Of a DNA stretch of 64,000 nt, positions 23,468 to 36,500 are shown piece by piece. The position numbers were made by a program, and so were the translations under genes. The notes below the pieces were generated by a model. That model ran no database searches and was not told the DNA's origin. It worked only from the letters and a program-made list of their open reading frames with translations. The stretch is taken from positions 620,001 through 684,000 of the forward strand of contig NW_027272134.1 of the NCBI RefSeq assembly GCF_040938485.1, in the 5' to 3' direction. Numbering within the stretch: the stretch's first letter is position 1; each line of letters opens with the position of its first letter. The DNA comes from Diadema antillarum. Lineage: Eukaryota.

Positions 23468-23621
23468 CAGGGGTGGATCCAGGAATTCCGTAAAGAGGGG
23501 GCGCCTTTACAAAATTAAAGGGGGGCGCACGCTCCCTCCCCCATTTTTTTATTTTTTTTTGTTTTAAGAAAAAATAAAGGGGGGCGCGTGCCCGATGCGC
23601 TCCCCCCTAGATCCACCACTG
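23468..23621. mobile_element. CAGTGGCGGATC-type MITE, copy 1
   Basis: caggggtggatcc...gatccaccactg ends; internal ggaattccgtaaag..cctttacaaaattaaaggggg shared with 37715 and 50979. Confidence 0.7.
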
Positions 23622-24315
23622 ACTTGTATGAAAAAGCACACAATAAACCTGGGTGTGATATCTTATGTGAGATTTAAATTGAAAAGGAACAGAGCTTAGA
23701 ACCTTTTTTTACCAACCATTAAGCATCTGTGACTCTAGTGGGCAATGAACATTTACAAGCTGGGTAATTGTTTTGCCCACTTCATTCTTTTCAGTGAGCT
23801 CTACTCAACCAATGGTGGTAAACATGGTTCAGCCAACTGAGATAAATTTTTCACATCACCAAAGAGCTCATAACAAATGGCAGACACTAACTAACAGGGA
23901 ACTAATGACAATACAATCCATTATTACTTGGCATTGTTGTTTTAGGCAACAAATAAAAATACGGAAATGGAAGATGTCATATATACAAACTCGATAAACT
24001 GATATCGTTTTGCACGTGATTCGACACACTACATCTTTTTACTATCTCAAAAAGTAGCTGTTTTAACGTGTGTGTAACCATGCAATATTTCAAACCAGCA
24101 AATATAATTTAGATTGCACATTGTCTAAAAAAGACTTATAGGCAGCTTAGCCTCTTTTCCAGGAAACAAGATTTAAATGTTTCAGGTGTATATACATATA
24201 TAATATATATATGATATACATACATCTGAAACAATTAAATCTTATATCAATATGTAAATCCTTTCTCTATGCATGCCTACTGGAATGTCGTTTCTAACCA
24301 ATCACAACTGCCCCG

Positions 24316-24472
24316 TCACCGCGCAGATGTCCCTCCCGGGGATCTGTCGTGCCCTTTGTCGCGTGACCGGGAGCGTGACCTGCTGAAGGATTTCTCGTGG
24401 TCACTGTAGGAGCTGTCGGAGTGTGCTGGGCTGCCGCCGGGCCGCTCGTAGGGGACCGGCAACTTGCGGGCA
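24316..24472 (-). CDS. Srrm234: Srrm234 distal alternative last exon completing eMIC (SARKLPVPYERPGGSPAHSDSSYSDHEKSFSRSRSRSRDKGHDRSPGGTSAR*)
   Basis: Strong acceptor ctctttatcctcttttgaattggtctcttcctcggcag; phase 2 joins AG+T to give RRIT-S-ARK; TGA at 24318-24316. This reading frame is not in the supplied ORF track. Confidence 0.9.
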
Positions 24473-27400
24473 CTGCCGAGGAAGAGACCAATTCAAAAGA
24501 GGATAAAGAGTCAGCATGCAAAACATGCACACATACAACAATTGTCACAATGGCTATGTACAACTATGGCACTTGCCCCATGACCAGGGGAAATTGTTTC
24601 ACAAGCAAAACTGGACCGAAACAAATCTAGAAGGACTACTGGACCCCAGAATAGTAGTGCACGAACTGCACAAATGTTGGCAATTTTTTTGGGAGGCAAG
24701 CACTCTCCAAATAACAATGCTCCATACCATTTTTTCTGTTAGGATTCAGTATCCATACAAATTGGTTACACTGGAATCAAGTCCGACTATAAATGCCAGC
24801 ACAAATGGCGAAATGCTCTGAGAGAATTCGATGACACCACTGTCTTACTCTCTAAAATTAATAATAAAGTACATCAAAATTCTTAACGAAAACGGATTTA
24901 ATCTAAGCATAACTTTTGGCCTCTGCTATTTCATAAATAGTTGTTAACTCTTAAGAGCTAAATCCCTTGCTTATGCTTGTTAATGGCATTGTAAGATTGG
25001 TGCTAAATAGGCATAAAAATTAATTTTAAAAACCGACCTGGCACATTTTCAACTGAAAAGCAGAGTGACTTAAAAAGTTCACATGGAAACAAGCTCAGGA
25101 ATATAACTCAAAATGGAAAACTATGCCACATTTCGTCACAGAGATGTGTGTTCCTTTGTTGACAATTTGGATCTTAAAAATATATTCATCAAGCTTTAGT
25201 GTATCTCAAGTTTTGAGCTGAATTCCATACCAAGCTGTTGCTAAAGCAAACACTACACCAAAGGGTACTTATGGGTCTATTTGGACTAATTTGATGCCAT
25301 GTCTCCCATGCAGAGGTACATATTTATACGTCCTTGACTGAATGCTTCTTTTCTCAGAGCTAATGCAAACTTCTATAGGCAGGCATGGATGACTGGGAGC
25401 ACATCTTATTTATTGTCAAGCACAAGAAATTTTGACAGGTAGCATTTCTACGCTTGGGGCAAGTATTAGTATAAAACACTATGATGTTCAACATTTTCTA
25501 CGACAGATCGATGCCTACAGGGAAACTGTTCATCCAGAGCTAATGAACCATGCCATCATTTTGTCTCAACTACTTTATGTAGCACTACAAAGTCATCTTT
25601 GTGGAAAATCTGTGATGAACATTATCCACATTCAAACAATGAACAGAAGAACAATTCAGGTAAGTACTTTTTTTCTTTCAAAAAATGAATGATAGTAACA
25701 AACAACCTTCTGTAGGTCACTGATGGTTAAGTAGGATGAGTGGTGCGTTAAGGGCGTAAGTATTCGGCAAACACAAAGCGGTTAATGTTGCCTCACTCTC
25801 TTTCCACGTCAGACACATGAGCCATGGCATTGAGTCAGTGACACACACACACACACACATTGCACCTAGCCTGCCACCCTATGTTAACACTGAAATTTGT
25901 GCACAGGTTTTGTCACACACTCCAAAGCAACTCTGAACACCAACAGTTTATAAACTACCACACTGAATCAAAATTGCTCTCAAACTTATGGTGACAAACC
26001 ATGCATGTTCCCCTCTCTACCCCCACCCCCCCCAAAAAAAAAAGAATAATAATAAGTTGCTACTGAGGGAAAGAACATACCATTTGAATATCTGAATTAA
26101 TTAAACATAATAGATTTTCAGAACATTTTCATATATGCATTTCAAATCCATGCAGCCTGAATTTATGCAAACTAAAATTCATGCCAACTAATATCCTTTA
26201 AAAGAGTTTAGTCCTTTCTGCTGCTGTTTCTGTCAAGATGCACATGCACATTTTTGTGTTCTAGGGGGGCAGGCATAGACAAGAGTCGCATGAAGTTATC
26301 AATTAACGGCAAATGATTGCTTGAAAAGGTAAGCGGATGAGATATTAGGGATGAACACTCTCTATGTTATGCTACGTTGTGACTCAAGTCAGATTTAGTC
26401 AAAATATGTAATAACTAAAAATCATGATTTGAATTCAATGCACGGCTGGCAGACACACAGACACAAAGCTGTCAGAATTCCTCCAACATTAACTGTCTGT
26501 CTGCCCGCCCCCTGGCAATCGTTGAGAATGCTATAGCTATTAAAGTCAGTGGGTGCAGTTTAGAGTGGGTAAGGTAACGAGTTACACACATGTCCAAACT
26601 CCACAGAGCCGAACACTGGTCAGAGTTTTACTCTGGACAAACACTGTTAGGCTCCCCACTTGGTTTCCATGATTCACAGGCAGTCACTGTACTCAACCAT
26701 GTGACTAGTGCTCTCTATCCTATGTTAATCAACAGCCAAAAAAGAATGAAAAAGGACACAGCACGACAGCCAAATGGAACAAAATTAAGAAAGTGCTGTG
26801 TATCAAATTAATATCCCAGTGCAGTATGACTTGCTGGCACAGTAATAATCAATCCCTTATGAAAAGGTGACCAAGACAAGTGTTCCAGGCTTCTTTGCTA
26901 TATCTTATTCACTAGGGGAAAACACTATATTTTTTTGTATGGAGAACACAAAAATCATGTCAGTTAGCTCAATTTCACCTCACTCATCCTGCGAAGTTGA
27001 TAATAAAATCCTCCCCACCCCCGGGGGAAAAAAACGACAAACAAACACACAATTTTTTTTAAAAGTAAAAATCATCAGAATACTGTCAGAATAACATTGT
27101 CAAAATCCAAATTCTATGATAAAAAAAGAAAAAAATGTAAACAAAACTACAAACCCAAACTTATACATGTTTGTTGAAGCAGTAAATCTAATACATCAGC
27201 GCTTTAAGCATGTAATGGTAAGGTAACTTTGGGGCTTCCATTACTTGTTCGTTCCTGAAAAGTTCATGAATATGCACTACAGTTGTATATCATGAATTTC
27301 AAGACCATTTCATTGATATTTCATGCTACAATGGCAAGCATTACTTGAGCCCCACCTATGTGTTCTCCAAGCATCAAAACATACAGTACATAAGTGACTG

Positions 27401-30400
27401 GTTGTTGTGTCACATGGTGTGGAGTTATACCGTCACCATCCCACATACAACAGGACATGACGTGAGCGTTTTATTTGGTAGCCACCTGCACTGAAGAAAT
27501 GCCATTAGCGATGTTACACTCATTGCAGATTAGTATGGTGTCTAACTCACTGTAAAGCATTAGTACATTTTTGATTGGCAGTGAAACGTAGCCTGCTGAT
27601 GGTGTAGAGTAAGCTGCAGAGTGAAAGGTTATGGAGTTAGTTGAATAACAGCAAAAGAAACGACGAAGGTGTAACACACATTCTGCAGAGCCTGATGAGT
27701 GGGAGAAATGTGTATTAAACAGCTGTGTAACAGTGAGAAAACAGCATTAATCTATCAACTTTCATGACCTTGCTCCTCCATCACTCACACTCATAGTCAA
27801 ATCAATGATGCTGATTTCTGGGTTACCATGACAATGGGGACTTGGCCCTATTCATAACAAGTTACACTCAAACACCTATAAGGGTATGGTGAACACAAAA
27901 CAAACCAAAACTGGTATCATATCGATACATCTACACACAGACGGGACACATGGACAAACGGACATAAAAGAAGATGCAGAGAAACACAAAATTGGCAAAA
28001 GGAGGCAAGATAAAGACATTTGGACAGGATGACACTTTTAAAGTAGGACCGAGAGAAGTGGAACAGAAAGGAGGAATATGATGGCAGATGAGGGAAAGAT
28101 ACATCTTGAGAAGATGTGAAGTTATTGAAATACAAGTAAATTTTGTCACATTGATGGAATCTCTCCTAATTCAAAAGAAATCATTTTTAGTTTTGTTTGC
28201 ATTTGTTTTTTTTTTGTTTTTCTTTTCCTTTTTTGCCACACATTTATTAATTTAGAATAGGGCAGTGAATAAGCAGGAGTTTCAGTCTAATCTTTCTTCA
28301 CCACTGACTATGTAAAAGGATTTGGTTAGGAGAACTTGCTTCATTAACTTTGGGATGTGCTGTGTTAAAAAAACATGCATATACACGAGGGAGAGGAAAT
28401 ACCCAGATGACCCCAAAACATTGACATTGGCAGAATTTCTCACATACTGATATAACATACAGAACAAAGCTCCATACACACACACAACATACACACCCAC
28501 ACACAGATACACATTTGAGCATCAACAATATCGGATAACGGCAGTTAGATGACAGTCATATAACATGGTGTTAACATGCAATGTAGTACAGACATGCTTT
28601 GTGAGATATTTACTACAGCATGTTACCTACATCCATGTAGCAACAAGAGTACTTACGCTATCTACAAAACACGACATTGACATGCAAGCATGCGGAGATA
28701 AACAGAAAGGTATGTACCATGCATGCAAACAAATAACTTTCTTCTTTTTTTTTTTGATGGATATAATCAAAATCATGCATGTAAAATATGGGCAAATGTA
28801 CATGCAAAACTATACATGAAAGCATGAATAAACAAAAATAGCATGCAGGTAAATTACAAACCACCATCACAAGCACAACATCAAAATGGAAAACTTGCGA
28901 TGAAGTACAGAAAATTGCAGATCACATTTATGCCACGACATGCCGATGACGCATTTCACGGATGAAATATGTCTGATTTGTAAGCCTGCATCTTTCATCT
29001 TGCTCACAGCATGGACGGACATCTGACAAAATGATAATGACAAAGGCTTTCCGGCGAAAGCTGTAATTAGTTTCACCCTTAATCAGCATACTAGGATTTT
29101 AGCAATGTCAAAAATCTGATAATATATGCTAGTAAAGACCTGTTTTCTTGTCTCTTAGAGAAATTCTTATACCTTTTCAGAAAAAAAGGCAAATGAATGG
29201 AAGTACAGTTTGATGAAGACTAGGAATCAAACCTAAAACTTAGATCATGTATAATATGCATCCCACAAAAATCCGTCCCTGCAGTCACTGCAAAATGGGA
29301 GACACAGTCCTAATACAATGCTGTCAAACAAAGCTCAACTCAGATGAACTTTAATGAAAGAATAACATGCATGTACAATATTTTGTGGTAGGCAGCTCAG
29401 ACAATGTGCATTTGACCATGCCTGTGGCATTATCAAGTATCTATTTATGTATCTATTGTATTAATCACATATGATGACAAACCAAAATTGATATCTTGAA
29501 ATCAGCTGTTCTTGGGTACAACCAACTGCATATGTTGTGCAAATGGCTAACAGGGGTGGACTAACAAATGTACATAGTCTGTAATTTTGGTAATTTCTAA
29601 GCATTGCAATGTGTGGTCAACATCATAATGAAAGAGAGATGTCAAAGTGGATAGCAACATGGCCTTGAGCACAGACTAAGAGCTTCAGTTTGAAAAAAAG
29701 AGTTCGGCCCTGTAGATAGCCTTCTGGCAAATGCACAATGGAGCATTAGTTGATTTGCTTTTAGCATATCATTGTGCAGTGGTTTCTGTACACTGGCAAA
29801 TTCACCAACCCAGCTCCTCTGCAGTGTGACGTTCTCATGGTCAAAAGGCACATTGTCCTACATAAGGTGTAGCATGCTACAAATGATGCCTTGATACATA
29901 CGATGACAAATTCTCTCTTTGCAAATCACATCATGCAAGAAGCAGGGTGCAAGGATGAAGAAATAGTAATAGAGACCTCTTGACCCATTTTGATTTAACT
30001 TTTTTTTTTTCACACAGCAGTATAGCACTTAACTGAAAAAAAGAAGAAGGAATGACAGTACTTTGTAATTTGGACAAAAAAGAAATTGGCATTTTGTGTT
30101 TTGGTCTACTTCACAAGTCAGAAAGAACACTACCACAGTACAGTGGGCTATGCAATACACACATCAGTCTATCCCACTTTATTCCGGTGATAAAATGAAA
30201 TAAAGTGTATGGTAGAGTATAATCAGCTTGAAAGTATACAGCAGTAGCTTACCTGTCAATCAAATCAGGCATAACACATGCAAATGAGTTTGATTAGTTA
30301 GCATGCCATCAGGGCAATCTCTACTTTAAAAATGCATGTGACATGTAACATACATGAAAAAAAGAAGAAGTAAAAACTCAAAGTGTCTAGAATCAACTCA

Positions 30401-30484
30401 AGATTCTAACTATATGTAAAAGTGGACATATTCATGGGGTAGTGTCAGATGAATGTCTATGAGTTGGTATGGATGGGTGAAGTC

Positions 30485-30527
<43 letters not shown>

Positions 30528-33500
30528 TCATGCAAATCAGAGTGTTCATACCTCATTGAGATTGTGTGAAATGATACAATGTCACATAACACAAGGAAAG
30601 ACAACAGAGAAAAGACTATTAAAATGAGTGCTTGAAAGGCGTCTGATATGTGGCTGTATATTTGTCTCTGATCTTAAATGCTCTGTGACCGCATGCCCCT
30701 TGTTGCTACCTTTTCCCTGCTAGACAGGTTAAAACAAATCATCATGCCTCCTTACAAAGAGAACACCGAATGTTGATATAAAACCCACCACCCAAGAACA
30801 AGACTAAACTGCCACTAAACAGTTACCACTCTGAACACGACAAAGAAGAGCTAAAAACATTTCTGAAAAGGGGTGGGGCATAACGAGAAAGAGGGGGCAA
30901 GGGTACATCTGCACATTCTTTTCGCATTCTCACACTTATACCAAAAGCATTCTCTCACAACTGTTATCCCTTTTGCCTACCACTTGCAGGTGCAAACTCT
31001 AACAACTGTACATTGACAAATCTTGACCAATGAGCTGGAATCCCCTTGGCACGGTTCTACCGTAATGTCTAGATGTGAACGGGTCCATGGATGCTTCATT
31101 GCATCATCTGATCTGTGAATGAATCTTGTATCTATGACCCCATTTACAGTGCGAGGCTCGGTCCGCGGCTCGACCGCGACTCGGCCCAGCCCCGCTTCAG
31201 TGTAAACGCGCAAAAGGCCAAATGCGTGGCCAAAATTGGCCTCGCATTTGGCCTCGCTCTGGAGGTGGTCTCGGCCGGCCGTGGCGGCCGAGCCCGGCCT
31301 TTTCTCGGTGTAAACGCAAACTGGGCCAAATGCGCGGCCAATTTTAGTCTGGCTTCCAAACCCTCTGCCCGTACTATTTCGTTATTCAGGATATTAACCC
31401 CCTCAACATCGAAAACTAGTATAGTTTAAGGTGGTTTTGTCCTGCAAAGGATTTTTCCTTCGGCAAAGGCCTTTGCCCGAACGGCGACTTCATCGCCACG
31501 GAATCCAGTTGGCAAAGGGTCTGAAAACCAGACTATACCAAATTGCGTTTGTTTACAAGCAGAGCGCCACTACGACAAAATATTTAAAGGTTTGAATTAA
31601 AAGCGCGGCCGAGCCTGGCAGTGTAAACGGACAAAATTGCGGGGCTCGGCCCCGCAATTGAGGCTTGGGTCGGCCGCGGCTCAGCCGCGGCTTGGCCCAG
31701 CCCCGCACGCACTGTAAACGGGGTCTATAAAGGAGATTGAATATGTGTGTGGTGGCTGGCGATGAAATCTCTGGTCAATAGAAAGGAAGATCTATCATCT
31801 AGTGTGTATATATTGCTTCATGTACGTGACTTAGGGAGCAAAAGATGCACTTTTTTTTTTCAAAACTGATGTCGGTATACTGTCATAACAATAAAATTGA
31901 AACAAAAACAGAGAAAAAATAGTGTGCAAAATATGATATCTTCTGCTTTTTCTATCTTGATTGCACACTTCAATTTGATTTTTCACGCTGAATTGTTTTT
32001 GTTTCCAAAATAAACAAGGAAACATTTGAACAATGATGTAAGGCCCACAGAAAAAGGGCACCTTTTGCTTATTCAACCAGTACAGATGTGTGTGTATAAC
32101 ATGGTGAAATGTTAGGCAGTGTTAATCTGCAGCAAAGATGCTCTGCTTCTAGCGACAGAGCTTTCACAACAAGGCTTGGGCTACAAAACAACCAAGTGAT
32201 GTCTCTAGGATTTCAGTACTGCACATTCATTGCAAATCATCTATCTATCAGCTGGGAATGCGTAACAGATAACTTCAGTAATGTGACTTATAAATTGCAA
32301 TGTACCAAAATACACACTGTCCTCTCTTTTCATTTTTTTAAGTCGAATCACTTTGGATTGTAAAGCAGAATCATTTCCAGAATTATTGTGATCAAAACCA
32401 TATTTATAAACTTTCTATTGCCTTGCTGCATTAATCAGCATAACTGGTTGTTGAGTAGCACAAACTTTGGGGAAAAGCAATCAACTTTCTTTGAAGTTAG
32501 AGCTAGGAACTCTGCAGGCAGTAAATGCAGCATTCTTTGGCATTCCTGTGAGATGAAGTAAAGAACAAAAAATCAACAGAAAATATGAACTATGGTTAGT
32601 AGTGGTGATTTAAACAGACAAAGACTTTAAAGCATCCCCTACACTTTTGGAAGGCGATCGATGTTGTCACGTTTCATCGGCGGTAGTAGTGGCGGTCACG
32701 GTCCCGTGACCGCGACCGAGACCGGCTGCGATCCCTGCTGTCATCGCGCCGGCGTCGACGGTCGTCGTCGTAGTAGCCACGATCTCTGCTAGTTGATCTC
32801 CTACTGCTACAGGGAGAATGTTTATTTGCCAGGAGAGAATGGAAGAGGGGTAACCCAGCATACAACATACACCATTGTAAATCACTATACCTGTGGAGGA
32901 ATCTGATTGAATTTTCTCTTTATATTCTTCTACCTTTTCTCATTTTGTTTTGTGTTTGTATGTGTGAGACAGGGAGAGATAGAAGAGAGACGAAGAACAA
33001 AATTCTCCCGAACGAAACCACTCGTATGCTGGGCTTACAAAGTTCTTGGCAAAACCTTGACCACACTCTCAGGTACATATTTATATCTCACTTGCAGTAT
33101 ATATATCACAAAACTCAGCAGAATAATGGACAAATTTCATAATGTACTCACACAGGCCTGGCAATATTCATTTTTTTGATTAGGGGGGATTCCAAAGAGC
33201 AATCAGAGAGATACAAGGTGTATTATGTGCATCTCAATTGGGCAAACTAATCCCCAAATACAAGGACTTTTATATTTTATTGTCAGAGCATGAAGAGAAA
33301 GTTCAGCTCTCCGGGGGACCTCCCACAAAATCTGGGAGTTTTGGCACTTCTGTATAGATGCATGACTTCCTACCACCTCATCCAACAGTTATTGGTTCAC
33401 ATATTGCCAATGTGTTGGCTTGTGCATATTTCATACAAATTAGGTATTGCCATATTGGGTGTGTTCAGGCAAGCTTATCAATCATCACATCTGGCCTTTT

Positions 33501-36500
33501 GAGTACCACATAAAATTGGTCCATCTACGCTGAGAATAATCACTGGAAACATAGATACTGGAATGCATTGAATAATGCAAAATGCTGCGGAAAAGAAATA
33601 ACCAAAGAATTTTCATGACTTATCACAAGCAAGCAACATTATAAAAGAACAATCACAAGCTTTCATATACATACTGTTTACATATACCTAGATCTATATC
33701 ACATAGCTACATCTACTGATTCTTCACATGGTACAGATCACAGGTAAGCCTATCGAACATGGAACAAGATTGCTAACTGCCACACACATCACAAAATACT
33801 TACAGACACTTAACAATGAGCAGACAACATCATGCATCATAACCACACACAATCATGCCATTAACATCAACATCACGGTACATTCTATACACAAACATTG
33901 GACAAGGCAATTGAAACAACAATCTCTGTGAGAGAAATCCACAAAGTTCATTACAGAGGCCTTACATACGGTGACATGTTATCACAAAGTCTGGCAAAGA
34001 TTATCCTGCTGTTAAAACTGTGGTGCATTATCACTCTCAAACCTGGTGCATCTATAAACACACACATACACACACACACACACACATACAGACTACACAA
34101 ATACAAACTTGTGTGTTGTGTTCACACTGTGGTGATGCTACCATTGTTCTCTGCAAAACACAAGTGTAACACTCGGTGCGCTGGTCCTGGCTTCGACCCA
34201 ACGATCTCATCTCCGCACAGAGCCATAAACTGTCTGCAGTGCCTCGTTGATCGTATCAGACAAATTTACTTTCCAGTCGGGTCACTAAATATCACCTCAA
34301 ATTGTTTAAATCATCCATCTACCTTATGCTGTTTCATATTTTGAAATAGTACAGTATAGCTAAATTTGTATTTTTTAAAAATGGCTTTGTGATTTTGCAC
34401 AGCTGAGATCGATGGGTTGAATATCATCGGACTGCAAGCAAAGATTGATACCACTGCAAAACAATACTGTTACAAGTACCAATAACAAGTGCTTATACTT
34501 CTTAATTCGTTCCTGTAATAAAATTTGGTAATGTCATGTCATAGATTTATCACACCATTCATTCTGCTTCCTGAAAAAAAAAAAAAAATTAGCTAGGTAT
34601 GCACACAACAGCTTTCATAAGACTCAATTGAAGTGATGTGGGGAAGATTGCCTTCATTGTTGGCTAAACACACCTTTGACAAAATGAATACAAATTCAAT
34701 AAAGAATACTGGTATGTTCCCCCAAAATATCAAAATGATAGGCTACTAAGTTCATAAAAATTGTCATGCTATTCTGTTGAGTCAATGACATGCTGAGAAT
34801 GACCTTCAGCTCAGTCGGTTTAACACGATCTAAGAAATAATTCAAATTTTATTGTCTGAAAGGCATCACGCCATCCACTTCTCAACAACCCTTGCTTGAG
34901 TGCACACCCAGCTAAACATCACTACATCATGACTGAGGAGAGAATGCAACATGGTCCTGGATGCCCAAAGGCATTGGATCAGACCTTCATCTGGGACCCC
35001 GACGCGGGTCTTGGACCACTAACCTGGTGATTCTCCGGCGGTCCAGGAAGCTGGGCGAGTCACGCCTCTTGCGGATCGGCGAGAAGTTCTTCTCCTTGGT
35101 CTTGGAGCTGGGGCTCTTGCTGCGGGACTGGCGGCGCTGGTAGGGGGAGTAGCTCAGGGAACGGGAACGGGACCGTCGCCTCTCCTTGGAGTAACTGCGG
35201 GACCTAGTATGTTTCACGAGGAAAAGATGTTTACAGTAGCAGTTAACATCCCTCCTCACGTCTAGTGTATATGACTGGGATTCAAATAGTTCTAGGCTAG
35301 TTCCATTATTTGCACTGCAGTCCAGGCAGCACAGTCTATATGGCTGCTTCATATTTCATTATATTACAAACAGGCTTTCCATGAGTAACATAGTTTATGC
35401 ACATACTGGTACTTGAATAATAAACATATAGTTATAGTTTGAATAACATCTTTTCGTTTTTTCTTGATTCTAGAAATGATACTTTTATCACTACATTGGA
35501 AGTAGAATGGCAAAACAGTGTGATCTACTAGGACATTGTAAATACAACATTCTTACCATGTTATAATCATCACTACAAAATTTTTGAAGAGCACTCCTAA
35601 GAGAAAGCTGAAATATTTCATTTAGACCACATAAGTAATCTACCTTGTTACTGAGCAATTACAGTACTGCAGTGAAAACTCACCTATTCCTGCTCCTTGA
35701 TCTCGAGTGCCGATGTGAGCGCCTCTCCGGGGACCTGGAATAGCTCCTGGACCTGTCCGAGTCGTGGGAGTAGGACCGCCTGCTTCCGCTCTTCTTGCTG
35801 GACCGGGAGCTCTCGTCCTTCTTGTGGTGACGCTTGGACTCTGGGGAGCGCGAGTGGTGGGAGCGCCGACTCCTCTCCGGTGAAGACCTGAGAATGAAGC
35901 AATTTCACTTGGCGTCAATATTGCTGACTACTCATAGGTAAATGCTACATCCTTGCTGCAAATCAGAACTTGGATTTGACTATTCTTGGATCTCCAGACC
36001 CATAGGTCACCTTCCTTTTTTTTTTCATTTTGACATACATCAATAATTTCAGTTTGTTCTTTTTCCATCTATAATACCTATAACTTGCTTGTGAAATGTG
36101 AAATTGATCTTTGTGTATTCATATTTTTGCCTTTTATCTCAGGGAAAAACTGAAACCAAAATCTCAATCAAACTCAAACTACCAACAAAAAAAAATGAAA
36201 ATAAACCAAAGCTTACCGAAATGAATTTTTCTTTTGCTTGTACAACGCACCCAGGGGCATGTGAATAAAACAATGGCTAAAACAATCAAGCAACACTTTT
36301 CTAACCAATGCCGACTTCAGTCAGGCATGAACAAACAAAGAAGGAAACCACTTAAGACAGTGACTGTAGCAGCATTCACAGACATGGCTTACGATTCACA
36401 AAACATCCCATACTGCTTTTTCACCAGCAAGGTTTCAGGACGCAGCCTTCCTCTTAACCGTAAATCAAGAATGGCATGAAGTGAAACACTTTCCATGGAT

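Noticed and set aside
25657-33748. Consensus CAGGTAAG donors on the + strand at 25657 and 33741
   Set aside because: No matching acceptors or coding exons for an antisense gene were found; kept only as a measure of chance occurrence.
28657-33808. 5-nt candidate microexons at 33804-33808 and 28657-28661 with upstream UGC
   Set aside because: Frame-shifting or stop-containing, weak donors, and UG-rich background makes them likely chance hits.
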